From Anthoceros angustus (Eukaryota; Plantae; Anthocerotophyta): a DNA stretch of 64,000 bases. A program made the translations under genes and the position numbers. Positions 1 to 11,480 of the stretch are shown here, in pieces. The first letter of the stretch is position 1. The number at the start of each line of letters is the position of its first letter. The stretch is from assembly GCA_010909165.1 (NCBI GenBank), contig MU008164.1, positions 186,001 to 250,000 on the forward strand, given 5' to 3'. A model generated the notes under the pieces. It made no database searches, was not told the DNA's origin, and saw only the letters and a list, made by a program, of their open reading frames with translations.

Positions 1-57
1 GAGGATATGCAGTCATATGAAGCATCGACATCATCGTGAGCATTCTATGGTTGCAGA

Positions 58-600
58 TCATGGCGGACATGATCCGATTGGAAGGAGGCAACCGAGACCC
101 AGTGACGCCAGACGGTTTGCGACTCCTTCCAGACTTCCCTCATTTCGGGACGCTCTCGGGATCTGGAGGCCAAGCACCTGACAGCCAGAGCGCCAACACA
201 CTCTCTGTAAGCCTTCCCGCTGTCTAAACAAAATGTGTCCGGCAACACAGGGTCGATCAGTTCTTCCCACCCCACCGCCCCCGCCCTCGTCCCCCTTGTC
301 CACTGCAGAAAGTGCCAGGTTCGCGAAGCTAGTCTTGTCATACCCTCTCCCAACATCAACAGCAGGCTTTGCTGAGATGAGTTCCAGTAGAACCACGCCC
401 AAGCTGTAGACATCACTCCTGGGAGTGAGCTGGAAGGTGGCATAACTAGTACTCAGGATCAATGTAGCCAATGGTGCCTTGGATGGCGACTGTGAAAACA
501 TGAGTGGCTGCCTTGCTAGGAGCCAGATTGGAGGTGCCGAAATCTGCCACCTTCGCATTCAGGTCATGGTCGAGGAGAATATTGAAGAATTGCGGTGAAT
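58..600 (-). pseudogene. Receptor-like kinase C-terminal catalytic-domain fragment (WAK/LRK10L-like), frameshifted
   Basis: Minus strand reads IHRN / [20 protein letters not shown]...[12 protein letters not shown], then in another frame YATFQLTPRSDVYSLGVVLLELISAKPAVD...RPEMREV. The HRD loop is damaged, there is a ~4-nt insertion after DPEY, and no N-lobe is seen. Confidence 0.8.
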
Positions 601-1027
601 TCCTTGTCCTCACAGGCAAGGGTGAGTGCTGGCTGGGTACTTCCTATGCTGGTTCCTGTTCTGCACGGACTGTCTTACCTGCCAGTCTTACCTGCTTCCT
701 GACATGAGATCTCCGTCTTCTTGCAAAAGGAGTCAATTGTCGTAGGCTACTGGGGAGCAGACGAAGAAGAAGAATTTTATTTAAGCCTACGTCTTTAACT
801 AGTCTTGGAGATTGCTTTGAGCCTTTCTGAGAGCATCCGCTCGCAAGCGCATCGTTGTAGATGGTTCTGATGTGTAGCTAGCGGATCTGCCCCGTCTCTC
901 TTCCTCATCTGTTGACCTACCGACGTTCCTCGTTTGTACATGGGTTTCTTTGGTCAGTTTGATACGTGCCTGTGAACTTCAACAGACGTCTTCCGTCTTT
1001 TAGCTTCACCCAGCAGGCCTGGCTACC

Positions 1028-3145
1028 TCATTGCCGGTCGTTGCAAGAGCATGAACCGCATGAGAATCGGTGTACTCGGTTTGCGTCTCTAACTATAATT
1101 TCGCGCTTCTCGAGACGTGAGGTTATCTTGATGCTACTGTGGCAGTAGTTGCACATGCGAAGGTTTTTGGTGACCAACAAAGTGGTGCCATCGGGGGTGT
1201 TGAGAAGACCAAAGGCTATGGCCAGTCTTTCTGCGTGTCCACAGACGACATCTTCCTTCTCACGCTCGCGCATGGGCTTCAGACCCAGCTGTGTCCGTGG
1301 GATATGGCCTCCTTCGTCCACCAACCTGGTACTCACGCTCGACAACATGCCAGACGAGACGTCAGATTTCTCCTCTCCTACTATGAACTCGTGCACCTTG
1401 TTCTTCACTTCGATGCATGCCCTGGCTGGCTTCTTCCAAGCAAGTGCAGACCTTCTCAGACTCTCGGTTTGCTCCACATCCTCCCACCGGCCAGCTTTTG
1501 CGTAGATGTTGCCCAAGAGGATATAGGCCGATGCTTTCTTAGGTACCATTTTCACGATGCGGTCGAAGCATCTTCTTCCTCGACCTGCATCATTGTGGGT
1601 TTTGCAGGCACTGAGCAGCGATGTCCAGCCCACGACGTTATCATGGAGCGGCATAGTGTGCAGCACCTGTTCTGCCTCATCCAGACAGCCTGCCCGTCCA
1701 AGGAGGTCCACCAGACAGTTGTAGTGATGGTCGGTGGGCTCAATGCCATGCGCTTTTACCATCCTGAAAAACTGCCAGCCCTCATCCACCAGCCCTGCAT
1801 GACTGCATGCCACAAGCAGACTGATGAAAGTGCTACCATCAGGCTCCACGCCTTCCTGCTGCATCTCTACGAAACACTGCCTTGCCCTCTCCATATCGCC
1901 ATTTTCAGCATACCCACTAAGGAGAGCATTCCATGTCACAAGGCTCTTGACAGGCATTCTGTCGAACACTCCGCGAGCCTCCTCCAAGCTCGCACATTTC
2001 GCATACATGTCCACCAGGGTGTTGCCCACAACCACGTCAACCTCCAGCCCGATCTGCCGGATCAGTTTGTGAAGCTCCTTGCCCTGCTGCAAGGCAGCCA
2101 CACTACCACATGCTTGCAGGAGGCACACGAATGTGACAGTATCAGCAGGAGCTAAGCCCTCCCCTTGCATACACGCATACAGGTCGAGAGCTTCCTGGCC
2201 CCGCCCATGCTGAGCATACGCTGCCAGCATGGCTGTCCATGTCACCAGATTCCTGCTCTCCAGTCTGTCAAACACCCTCCGAGCATCCTCCAAGCTCCCG
2301 CACTTTGCATACATGTTCACCAGGCTGCTGCCCACGAAGCTGTTACACCTGACACCACTGCCCAGAATATCAGCATGCACCTCTTTGCCTGCAACCAAGT
2401 CCGTAGCAGATGCACACGCCTTCAGAACGGCCATAAAGATATGGTTGTCCGGCTCCACGCTCAACTCCCTCATCCGCCTGTACCAAACGATGGCCTCCCT
2501 GGGCTGCCCCTGCCGGGCATGAGCCAGAATGATGCAACACCACATGTGGGCATTGGGCACCTCCACTTCCCCAAACACCTGCACTGCATCCTCCAGCTTC
2601 CCATGCGCAGCATACATCCCCATGATGTGCGTTGCCACAAATGCATTGCTCTTGAACCACCCCTGCTGGGCAACAATGGAATGCACCCTCCTACCCAGCT
2701 CCAGGCCCTTCTCCCCAGAACACCTCTTCAACAAACGATACAAAACAGAGTCATGCACCCTACACCCCCTCTGCACCAGCACATCCAAGGCCTCCACAGC
2801 CCCCCCCAGCTCCCCGTCCTCGCACCTCCTGCTCAATCTCTCCACCAGGGTCTCCCTCTCCCCATCTCCTGCACCAGCATCCCACCTGGCCAGTCGCGAA
2901 TCCACCCACCCGGGCTTCACCCGGCTGCTTAGCCACAGCAACTGCCTGATACCCTTGTGCCTGAAGTCGGGATGACGGGGACTGGGCTTCTCCGCCCTGT
3001 TCCCCCACCACTGCCTGGGATAGACAAACCAGTCCTTCCATAGCCGCTCCTCCCCGGTCTCGGATGGAACGCAGCCTCGCTTCACAATAGGGGATAATCC
3101 GCAGCCCAGCTGAAACGGCAGCCTCTCTCCCACTGCCACGGCCAT
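1028..3145 (-). CDS. PLS-class PPR protein with E domains and a DYW:KP deaminase-like domain (candidate U-to-C organellar RNA editing factor), with an N-terminal OSB-like PDF motif
   Basis: Intronless ORF with PLS triplets (VNMYAKCGS...VTW), KKPARACIEV in place of the PG box, HAERLA...RMCNYCH zinc site and C-terminus CSCNDRQ. ATG at 3145 (MAVAVGERLPF) is chosen because the longer ORF to 3604 overlaps the Mpv17 gene. Confidence 0.92.
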   Translation of the reverse strand: MAVAVGERLPFQLGCGLSPIVKRGCVPSETGEERLWKDWFVYPRQWWGNRAEKPSPRHPDFRHKGIRQLLWLSSRVKPGWVDSRLARWDAGAGDGERETLVERLSRRCEDGELGGAVEALDVLVQRGCRVHDSVLYRLLKRCSGEKGLELGRRVHSIVAQQGWFKSNAFVATHIMGMYAAHGKLEDAVQVFGEVEVPNAHMWCCIILAHARQGQPREAIVWYRRMRELSVEPDNHIFMAVLKACASATDLVAGKEVHADILGSGVRCNSFVGSSLVNMYAKCGSLEDARRVFDRLESRNLVTWTAMLAAYAQHGRGQEALDLYACMQGEGLAPADTVTFVCLLQACGSVAALQQGKELHKLIRQIGLEVDVVVGNTLVDMYAKCASLEEARGVFDRMPVKSLVTWNALLSGYAENGDMERARQCFVEMQQEGVEPDGSTFISLLVACSHAGLVDEGWQFFRMVKAHGIEPTDHHYNCLVDLLGRAGCLDEAEQVLHTMPLHDNVVGWTSLLSACKTHNDAGRGRRCFDRIVKMVPKKASAYILLGNIYAKAGRWEDVEQTESLRRSALAWKKPARACIEVKNKVHEFIVGEEKSDVSSGMLSSVSTRLVDEGGHIPRTQLGLKPMREREKEDVVCGHAERLAIAFGLLNTPDGTTLLVTKNLRMCNYCHSSIKITSRLEKREIIVRDANRVHRFSCGSCSCNDRQ

Positions 3146-3317
3146 GCTCGCCGTCCCCCCGCTCCCCAGCCACCGGGCTTGATCGAGACGAAGGGACGAG
3201 AACAGAAAAGGAAGTGGATATCTCGATACTGGAGAAACTCGAGCGATTCGAGCAATTCGCGTCTCACTCCGGCTCTTGTCCCGGGCGAGTCGTGGACTCC
3301 TGCTGCATTTGTCGGCC
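3146..3317. promoter_or_regulatory. Probable bidirectional promoter/5' UTR region (172 bp between divergent ATGs)
   Basis: PPR ATG at 3145 (-) and Mpv17 ATG at 3318 (+) are head to head. Confidence 0.55.
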
Positions 3318-4280
3318 ATGGCGGGCGCGCTGAGAGGGAGCTTCCTAGCTCCGTGGCTAGGCGGGGGGCCATGGCCGGCTCGCAGGCGGCGGGTGAAGGC
3401 AGCTTCGGACAAGGCCGGGGCGGGGGAGGTGGAGTCTGCGTCGCCCACTGGGCGATGGAATTTCCCGCTGCGGTCGGCGACCACAGCGGGGGCCTTGGCT
3501 TTGGTGGGCGATACAGGAGCACAGGTCTTGGCCTCGCGGCAGGCGGCGTCGTCTTCGCAGCAGGAATGGAGATACCAGCACGACTGGTTGCGTTCAGCGC
3601 GCATGTATAGCTATGGCTTCGCGCTCTACGGCCCTCTGTCCCATGTCTGGTACGAGCTTCTGGACAAACTGCTGCCTCAGAAGACGGCTCAGAACCTGTG
3701 CCTCAAGGTATTCTCCCACGGCATGTTCCGCTGGGCAGGGTCACGAGCCTGCCTCACCCTGCCTTCCTGCCATGCCTCCTCTCCTGTGCTGTGCAGGTTG
3801 GGTTGAACCAGGTGGTGCTGGGTCCGTGTGTGATTGCCATCGCTTTTGCGTGGAATCATTTGTGGCAGAATCAGCTTGCCCAGCTGCCCGCCAAGTATCG
3901 GAGACATGCCTTTCCTACTCTGATGAATGGTGGGTCCCCTTGCTTTGCCATGTCTTGCCTTTCCTTGCCTACTCTTGTGCATTGACAGAACAATTTTTCT
4001 TGGCTGGCTGGCTGGCTGTGCATTGCAGGTTGGAAATTCTGGATTCCAGCCAGCGTGCTCAACTTCGGGTTAGCGTGCCTGCTTGCTTGCTTGCCTTTGC
4101 TTTACACGTTTGCATACCACGCTGGTGTCATGACCACATCTACTTCTGCTCCTGGACTGACACCATCAATTGTCTCCGACTCACTGCAGGCTGGTGCCTC
4201 TCCAAGCTCGAGTCGCCTTCATGTCTACCTGCTCCATCTTCTGGAACCTCTACCTGTCCTCGGTCGTCATGAGCAAGTGA
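3318..4280 (+). CDS. Mpv17/PMP22 family membrane protein, 4 exons (3318-3707, 3797-3929, 4029-4068, 4190-4280)
   Basis: GDTGAQ...DWLRSARMYSYGFALYGPLSHVWY...K/VGLNQVVLGP...NG/WKFWIPASVLNFG/LVPLQARVAFMSTCSIFWNLYLS. GT-AG introns join in frame. Confidence 0.9.
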
Positions 4281-4409
4281 TGTAGGTTGTCTTTGCTGTG
4301 CACCGCATGGTGTGTCCTGTCATGCATGTGGCATGCTATGTCGTTGCGTGCCTCCAAGTTTTGTCTCCATTGGAGCACCAGGGCAGGGGACTGATTTAGC
4401 ACCGAATCT

Positions 4410-4800
4410 TCGAGGAACGGCCTCTACATCCGTCTGCGGTTGCATCCTGACCGACTACGTTTTTTAGTGTGAAGAGTCGGGTAGGGGGAAGGATGATGGA
4501 CCCTAGCGGGACATCTGGGCCGGGGCCCTGCTACAAACTCTCTCGTCAGAGGAGATTATCTGCACAGTAGGTATGGTCTTCTAAGACCACGCTCCATATC
4601 CTCCGATCGGGCTTGTCGACTTTGAGCAGATCATCAGGGTAGACCAGCTTGTCAAAACACAAGTGCATCGCGTTTTGAATTTTGAAACATATGAGCCGGA
4701 CAGGTACAAAAGTACTTCATATTTGAGAATAGAAGAGGAAGTGGAGACTTCTTCTTTAAAGAAGGGATGGAAAACCCATCTACCCCGCGTCGATGGGGAA
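4410..4800 (-). mobile_element. Possible LINE (L1-like) 3'-end remnant
   Basis: Minus strand GGATGCAACC...GGATGTAGAGGCCG resembles the plant L1 3' stem-loop motif (GATGCAGAGGCC). There is no clear ORF. Confidence 0.2.
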
Positions 4801-4843
4801 CAACCCATTAAAGGGTCAAGGGCGGGGGGCTAGCCCCTTTGAA

Positions 4844-5868
4844 TGTTGATCCTTAGATTATCAACCGTCCCAAGTATGTTGTGATAAAAGGAAAGGCCTA
4901 CTTACGAGACGGTATGTTGTGATCAAAAATAAGGAAAGGCCTACTTACGACCAGTGCTGCTGATGCCGCATCTCCCGCGCTCAGTGTCATTCCGTACACA
5001 GTGTTGGCCAACGCCCTCTGCAGGGTGATGGTGTGGCGGGACTTTCGATGGTTGCACTGGCGCGCAATCCGTGTCGTTGTAAGAGGTCCGCTCCCAAGAG
5101 AAATGATAGGCTCCGTTGCACGTTTCAATCGTTTCTCACCTCACTTAGTATCGGTTCAGTCTCAACACACCTATTCACCATTTTACGCCTAACTACCCGC
5201 ATAGCGTTCACCGGCGGGCCGGTGGCCAAATGTTAAGGACCGTTCAAGGCCCGTATCGTTCAATTCTGCCACCATCCTCTAGTCCGTTCCTCTCACCACT
5301 CTCCACTACACTCCGCCGTCCTTGGGGAAAAGCGGTGGCTACGCGTCAGGACCTCCTCCGATCCTCTGCTGGGCCTCCCGGCTCTGCGCCCTCCCAGAGT
5401 TCCTCCGGCTCACCGTTTAGGTCCATCAGCTGGGCTGCCTGACGAGCAAGGGTCCCTAGTCGCTATTCTGCACACACACACCCACACGTAGGGTCCGTCA
5501 CGGGACCTTGATCTCTCCGAGTCGGCTGCTTTCGAAGACTCGGACTCGTAAAGAAGAAGGCACAAGGGCACACAGAAGAGCGCATCAACACCAAGAGAAA
5601 GATACTTTACTAGAGTAGTGTGGAATGGGGTTTTTGCGTCCCAAAGGCGCAAAGAGGCCACATTACCCTCTATGTCGTTATAGCCCTAGGATTCGATCCC
5701 AAGGGAATGGTTTTGTGTCAAGATGTTCTAAACTACGGGTCCTAGCCCTACCACAACGATCTTTACCCTCAAACCCACCCGTGGAGATCCACCGCATGTG
5801 CTTCGCCACGCGTGGTTGATTCAACCATGTGAGCTCCCACCACAGCGCTGTTGTGTTGTCTGTTGTCA
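4844..5868 (-). repeat. Putative 3' LTR of the Gypsy element
   Basis: On the minus strand a purine run (GAGAGGG) is followed by TGACAAC at 5868, and the segment ends ...ATCAACA at 4844. It has a TATA-like site near 5680 and an internal ~35-bp direct repeat (4874-4950). No second LTR is present to confirm it. Confidence 0.4.
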
Positions 5869-6859
5869 CCCTCTCGGCGGTCTAGTTGGGACACACACCT
5901 AGACTCACTACTAATTCTCTCACTGTCCTCGAACTTCCAATTCCCACTCGAATAGCATCTCGCTCCTCCCTCCCCTCACCACTCCGCCTTTCTATCACTC
6001 CCTTTTCTCCGGCGCATTCCTCCCTCCCCTCTGACACGCTCACCCCCTTCTCAGAACCTTTCCCCCATGGATACCCCTCTCTTCCCTCTCGGGCCACCTG
6101 AGACCTCTTGGCCACACGGACCCCCTCATGGAATTAAACACGTTACGATGGGCGGCTTTGGAGGGAGAGGAGTCGGTGCTTGGGCGATTCACTTGATCTC
6201 ACCCCTTTCGCCTTCCCTTTCGGTGGCGGCGCCCCTCTCTTGTCCCAGCGTGGGCTTGGCCACTCCGCTCTCGACCATCCGAGGATCTTCCGGTCTTCTT
6301 GTGACGAGAAGGCGATGTGCGCGTTGGTCTTGACGACGTCTCCAATCAACGCGGATTCGATCACGGAAGTTCACACGAATAAATGCATTGAGAGACACTC
6401 AAAGGGTCTCTTATACATCTGGTGATTGGCCCGACTCACTTCTCTCCGATGTCTAAAAATTGTAGCTCCTACCACGCACCCCTACCAATCGCAACTCACG
6501 GCTCTCAAACACCCTATCCCTAACCCCAAAACCCGGACCTATGATGTCGCGGCTCCTAAAATCAGGTTGCCGCCTCATGATTCTTGCCTAGCTCTGATGG
6601 GGTCCCTCTCGCTCGCCTCGCCGCCTCGATCGGCGATTTTCCCCAAAACCTCCACCTCGCTCGCTGCTGCGGTTTCTCGCGCCTTCCATGGGCGTTGCGC
6701 GCGTAGCCCTCTGTTGTCCGCTCCTCCTCCTTTGGACAACCATAGTGTGCTCCTCCCTCCATGCTCGGCCTCGCCTCGCTCATCTCCTCCGGCACCACTT
6801 GCGGAGGTAGGCGCCGCTCTATTCGGAAGGAACCAGCGTAGCACTGGCGGTCAAGATGT

Positions 6860-8970
6860 CTGACCGATGGTTTACGCCCCTCTGTCCCAACAACCACATA
6901 CACGTTTAGAGGTGAGCACCCGCTCACCATGCGAGCGGCGAGGACATGAGCATCCTCATCCGAGCCGCGGCTGTCGCCCCTTCGATCTGAGGTCCTTACC
7001 CTCTCCTCCCGTGGACAATCACAGGCGGGCTGCTGCTTGGGTTTCGAGGATCCCTCCCTGCGGTACTCAGCCGGTGACTTCCCCACCTCGGTTCCTCCTT
7101 CCGACGGTGGCGGTTTAGCCACCGTGGTGGTTCCCCCGGTGGTTGCTTGACTCCTGTGGCCGCGGCCTTTCTTGGTTTGGCCACCTCTCTCTTGACTCGG
7201 CCTAACCGTCTCTCTCCGCTTGTATCTCTCCATGACTTCTTGAATTTCTCAGGCGCCATTGTTTCCACACTCCACGGACTCATGAGACCTCATCTTGAAG
7301 CTCCTCAATTGTAGCATCGCCCCTTGACTGATTCACTAAGGCCTCTGTTGGGTGGACATGGCCCTTCGCTCCATGCCTTGCATAGGGCCCGCACTCCGTC
7401 TGCGCTCCTCGCCACCTTGTTCTCGCCTTCCGGGCTCTCCAACTTCTCCTTGAGCAACTTCTCCTGTTGGCCTGCACACTCGGCCGGTGAGAGCCATGTG
7501 GTCGAGGAGATCACTGCGTCGAGCCATGGCGTCGGCTGCTGATTCCAATTGGGCTCCTGTGCCCATTCCCTCCACAACAATTCTCGCCTGTGGCGGTGTC
7601 ACCTATCTCCACTTGCCGGTGTTGTGAAATGTCGCCAAAAATGTTCCGGAGCTCCGTCGCGGACTTGGCGAAACTAACCCCTCTTCTTCTAGGGGTTGGT
7701 TTGCCCTTCCTCCTCGCTCCAATCTCTCCTAGCGGCGGCGACTCCATCCCCACACACGAGAGGACAACTTGTCGTTCCCTTTTATTTTCTCCTCCTTCAC
7801 CGCGTTCCTGCTGGATTTCGACTGGTGACCCTAGGTGTGTATGGGTTCCTCTTCTGCTTGTGTCCTTCCCTTCTTCGACCCCGTTCGATCGTCGCCGCCC
7901 TCACTTCTTGCCCTTGGAAACCTCCCCACCTTCATCCAAGATCTTCTAGGGAGGCGCATTCCCAAGCTACTGGAATCCTTGGAATCCTCCTTACACTCCT
8001 CCTCCTCTACCTTGGGTTCCACGGTTTCCAGCTATGAAGGCGGACCGACTTCAACTCCGTTAGACACACGGAATGCGAATACATGAATCGAAAAGGTGAA
8101 ATCAAGGAGGGCCGAGGGAAGGGAGAGCAAATTCGCCTTCTCCTCACAGGCTCTTTCAAAGATCATCCTCCCCAATCGATTGTGTACCTTAACCACCTCA
8201 TGAAGAAAGACCGAGTGATGCGCCATATGATCCAACTTTCTGCTCAGAAACACAAAATCCACTTGGCCAATCCCACGGTGCGAACACGAGTTGGCGAGTC
8301 ACCCATCCATTGTTCACCCTCACTTCCCAGGCTTCATGGCGCGGCGCTGCGGCTCTCGGGGTCTTCTCTTTCTGGGGTCAATTACCAAGCTCCCATCCTC
8401 GATGCTTCGCCCATACCTTTGCTCGAAGAGCCCCAAATCCAGTTTTGCGGCCTCTTCCTCGCGTCACCCTCTTGCGACTGGTTCTCAAGGCGCACTCTTG
8501 CACCAATCTTTGGTATCGTAACACCATTTCTTCTCCATAAATTCCGGAGCTCACGCGGTGCCGGCTCTCACCTTCCGATGGTCCATGTTGGGCCCTTTGC
8601 GTGAGTAAATTTGGCCGCGGCTCGGCGCCATCTCCCTTCTCCTTGTTTCCCAAAAAAAACTCGACCCACCCTGAGTCGAGAAAAGGAACACCACCCTTGC
8701 ACGCTTCTTCCACTCCTCTTTTGGCCCTCTTGCCTCGGCGCCTCTTTTCCTCCTTCGCTAGCGCTTGGTTTCCTTCCTCGCCGCCCTCGGCGTGCGCGCC
8801 CTTCTACACGGCAGCGAGACCCGGCGCGGTTGCATCGCGCCCGGCTCTGCGGCTCGCTCCGGCGTCACCCACGGAAATTGCGACCTCGCGGTCTTTGGGT
8901 GTCCTTCTCGATTGCGCTCCGGTATGGCGGCCGCTCCGCCACTAGGGTTGTAAACTCCCCACAGTGCATG
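6860..8970 (-). pseudogene. Gypsy accessory ORF B (frameshifted): conserved DWGR..F.R / SPF.IHV domain plus coiled-coil tail
   Basis: Near 8180-8070 it reads IDWG/RMIFERACEEKA...PSLISPF/IHVFAF across 1-nt shifts. The charged segment KLLKEKLESPEGENKVARSAD is at ~7400. Boundaries are approximate. Confidence 0.5.
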
Positions 8971-9659
8971 CGTCCGTTCTTGACCACCGTGGTGGAACTG
9001 CCACCTCCCACTTGACTACCAGTGGCATATTGTGAGCATTCCTAGCATATATAGACACCTTATTCTAAAATCACCAAAACCCAAGGACTCTATTTCCGAC
9101 CCACCTATCCGAGGTCGAAACCTAAGGTCCGAAAAAAGAAAATTATTATCACCAAGGGCCAAGGACCATTCCCGTATAAAAGGCCTTACCCGGACGATTC
9201 TCAAAGCACTTTGCTATACTAACACACCCAAAACAAAAAAAATCGTTCATCCCGACACTTCGGAGAGGGGTTAGTGTACATGTGGTCTTCCACAAGTAGC
9301 CTCAGCCCTCCTATACTACGCCCAAGTCGGTGTCTTTATTACACCCCTATTCTGAGCTGGTGGCCAGCTCAGTATACCTTAATCGGCCGCCTACCATCTT
9401 ATTCCCTTCTTCCTATCTCCGTCGGTGGTGGCTGAGGATGCCCGTGGTCCCGTCTCGTGGCTGTGGCCCCAATCCCCGCTACGGCGGTTCGCACCCAATT
9501 GGATGATTGGCGGGACCCTTCCCCTTCCCGATCACCGAGGTTGGGCTCTGGCGGTCACGGCGCGAGTCCTGACGTCTTCCTCCCCAGCCCCGAGTGGGTC
9601 CTCTCCCGTGGGGCCAGTGGTTGCTCCCCTGCGTGGTCGGAGGGCTCCTCCTCGCCTCC

Positions 9660-9905
9660 GAGTCCGGACCGAGTCGTCTCGACTCCGAGCCCGAACCTCT
9701 AGGTCCGGTCTTCTTTCTGGAGTCCGGACCTCGGGGTTCGGACTCACCTCTGGGGTCCGATCTCCTGGACCCGGCCCTCCCTCTGGCGCCGGACACAGGT
9801 CGATCCTGTCACTAGTCCGGACCTCGAGTCAGGACTTTCTTCAGGAGGCCGGACCCCGAGGTCCGGCCGTTCTTCAGGAGTCCGAACAAAGTCCGGACTC
9901 TCGAG
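9660..9905. repeat. Degenerate short tandem repeat built on AGTCCGGAC
   Basis: Repeated (g)agtccggac(c)/tccgga motifs at roughly 30-40 bp spacing. Confidence 0.5.
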
Positions 9906-10867
9906 CACCCGGTTTCCCCTTCTTGGACTTCTCAAGGGTTGCATGCAGGCCCCAGCTTCCGGGTTGCCCAGTCGCCTTCTTGGCCCTCCAGGCCCTCCTC
10001 CCCTTCTCATGAGGTGGTGCCCACCTCGGCGTGACCTTCACGCCTCGCTCTTCCAACAGCCCCGCCGCTGCCGTCAAGCGCTCCTAAGGTCCCCGTGTGT
10101 CTTTTCCCGGCCTTCCTCCCTTGCTCCTCCTTGAGCTCTTGAAGGCCCGCCTCGTGCCGAGGGCGGCTCAGGCCTCTAGAGCCTTGAGGCTGCGTGGTAG
10201 TAAACAAATGGAATCGACTTGTTTGCCTCCTCCACATGGGCCGGAGCACCGGTACTCCCTCCTCCGGAGGTGCTCGGCGGTGGCGTATCGGCTTCTTGGC
10301 CCATCTCCACCCGAGCTTGCCAATTGTGGCGGTCTCCCTTATGCCGCCGGCCTCCACCCCACCTCCTGCGGCCTTTTCTTTGCTCGGCCGTGCTTGCTCC
10401 TCCTTCGTCGTTCTAGCTCGCTAGTTTGCAGCCATGGTGAGCTCACCCTCGCTTCCCGCAACGGACCGACTCACTCCTCCTCCAGCGCTCTCATCCCTCA
10501 TTCATCCTTTCCGGAGGTCCGCCACTTCCTTCTCCAGGCGGGCGGTATCCCCGTCAGACTCTGGCTTCCTCCGCTCCTGCCCGGCCCTCGCGTCGAACTC
10601 CTTGGACCGCCTATTCTCCTCCGTCTTCAAGAGAAGGAGGCACTCTATCTCAGCTCAGTCTTGGATTCTCTGGGTTGAGAATCCCTGCACTCCAAATGCG
10701 TCTTGGAGTTCTGACGGCTCAGGTGTCCTTCGCGCCTTCCACCTCCTGGGCTCTTACGCCTCCTGCGGTGCACCACAGGTCCCCTATTTCCGAGTCGACC
10801 TCCGGTTCCTCCTCACGGCTCGGCCGTGCTTGCTCCACGCCTCTGTTCGGCCTTTAGGTTAGCCTCG

Positions 10868-11050
10868 TGTAAAGCGATCAAAGTAGACAAGATGCTGGCG
10901 TACTCTAATAAAATAGATTGGTTAAGAATTCATTACAACGTGTGTCTTATATACAATATCCACTGAACAGTCATGTCTGTTCGTATGTAACCTAACGCTA
11001 ACAGTAGATCAGTTTATATGATCCAAACCCTAACGGGGTTTAATCCAAAT
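10868..11050 (-). repeat. Copia-1 3' LTR
   Basis: Matches 18200-18386 (TGTAAA.CGATCAAAGTAGACAAGATGCT ... AAACCCTAACGGGGTTTAATCCAAAT). Confidence 0.9.
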
Positions 11051-11480
11051 CGCCCAAGCGGAAGCGTATTAGCGGTGGGAAGTATCGACTATGGCGAGTC
11101 TACGTCTTTTGCCTGCGCCCTGCGCATATGTGAGTGTTCCTCCTCTACCAGTACATATGCGAGGAACAAAGGAAACGCAAGAGGCGAGCAAGGAAGGGAA
11201 CCACACTACGCCATCAGCGCCACAACAAATGGAACGACTTCGCAACTAAGCAAAGATGGAGAGTAGCAAGCTGGGAGTGCCGTTTGTGGATCTCATTCTC
11301 GGTAGGCGCAGTCGATGAAGAACAAGAACACAGCCTTGAGGAAGAAATGCAGTTCAAACGCGCCACCGCCAGCCCGCTGCCTCAGGATAAGTGACTTCCT
11401 CAAAAGTAGCTGTAGACACACGTTTAGATATCACAGGGTAGCTTCATCCACCATGACTGCAGCTTGAGGAAAACGAGGAG

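Noticed and set aside
1139-2932. Long plus-strand ORFs (338 and 255 aa) opposite the PPR, and similar antisense ORFs opposite ADC and the other PPRs
   Set aside because: Expected stop-poor antisense frames of GC-rich coding sequence, with no recognisable motifs.
3146-3604. N-terminal 153 aa of the 858-aa PPR ORF
   Set aside because: It is the antisense shadow of Mpv17 exon 1. ATG 3145 gives a more plausible start.
6189-6398. Third Gypsy accessory paralog (IRVDWRR)
   Set aside because: Only a VDW tripeptide is shared. The GR.IF.R and SPFLIHV motifs are absent.
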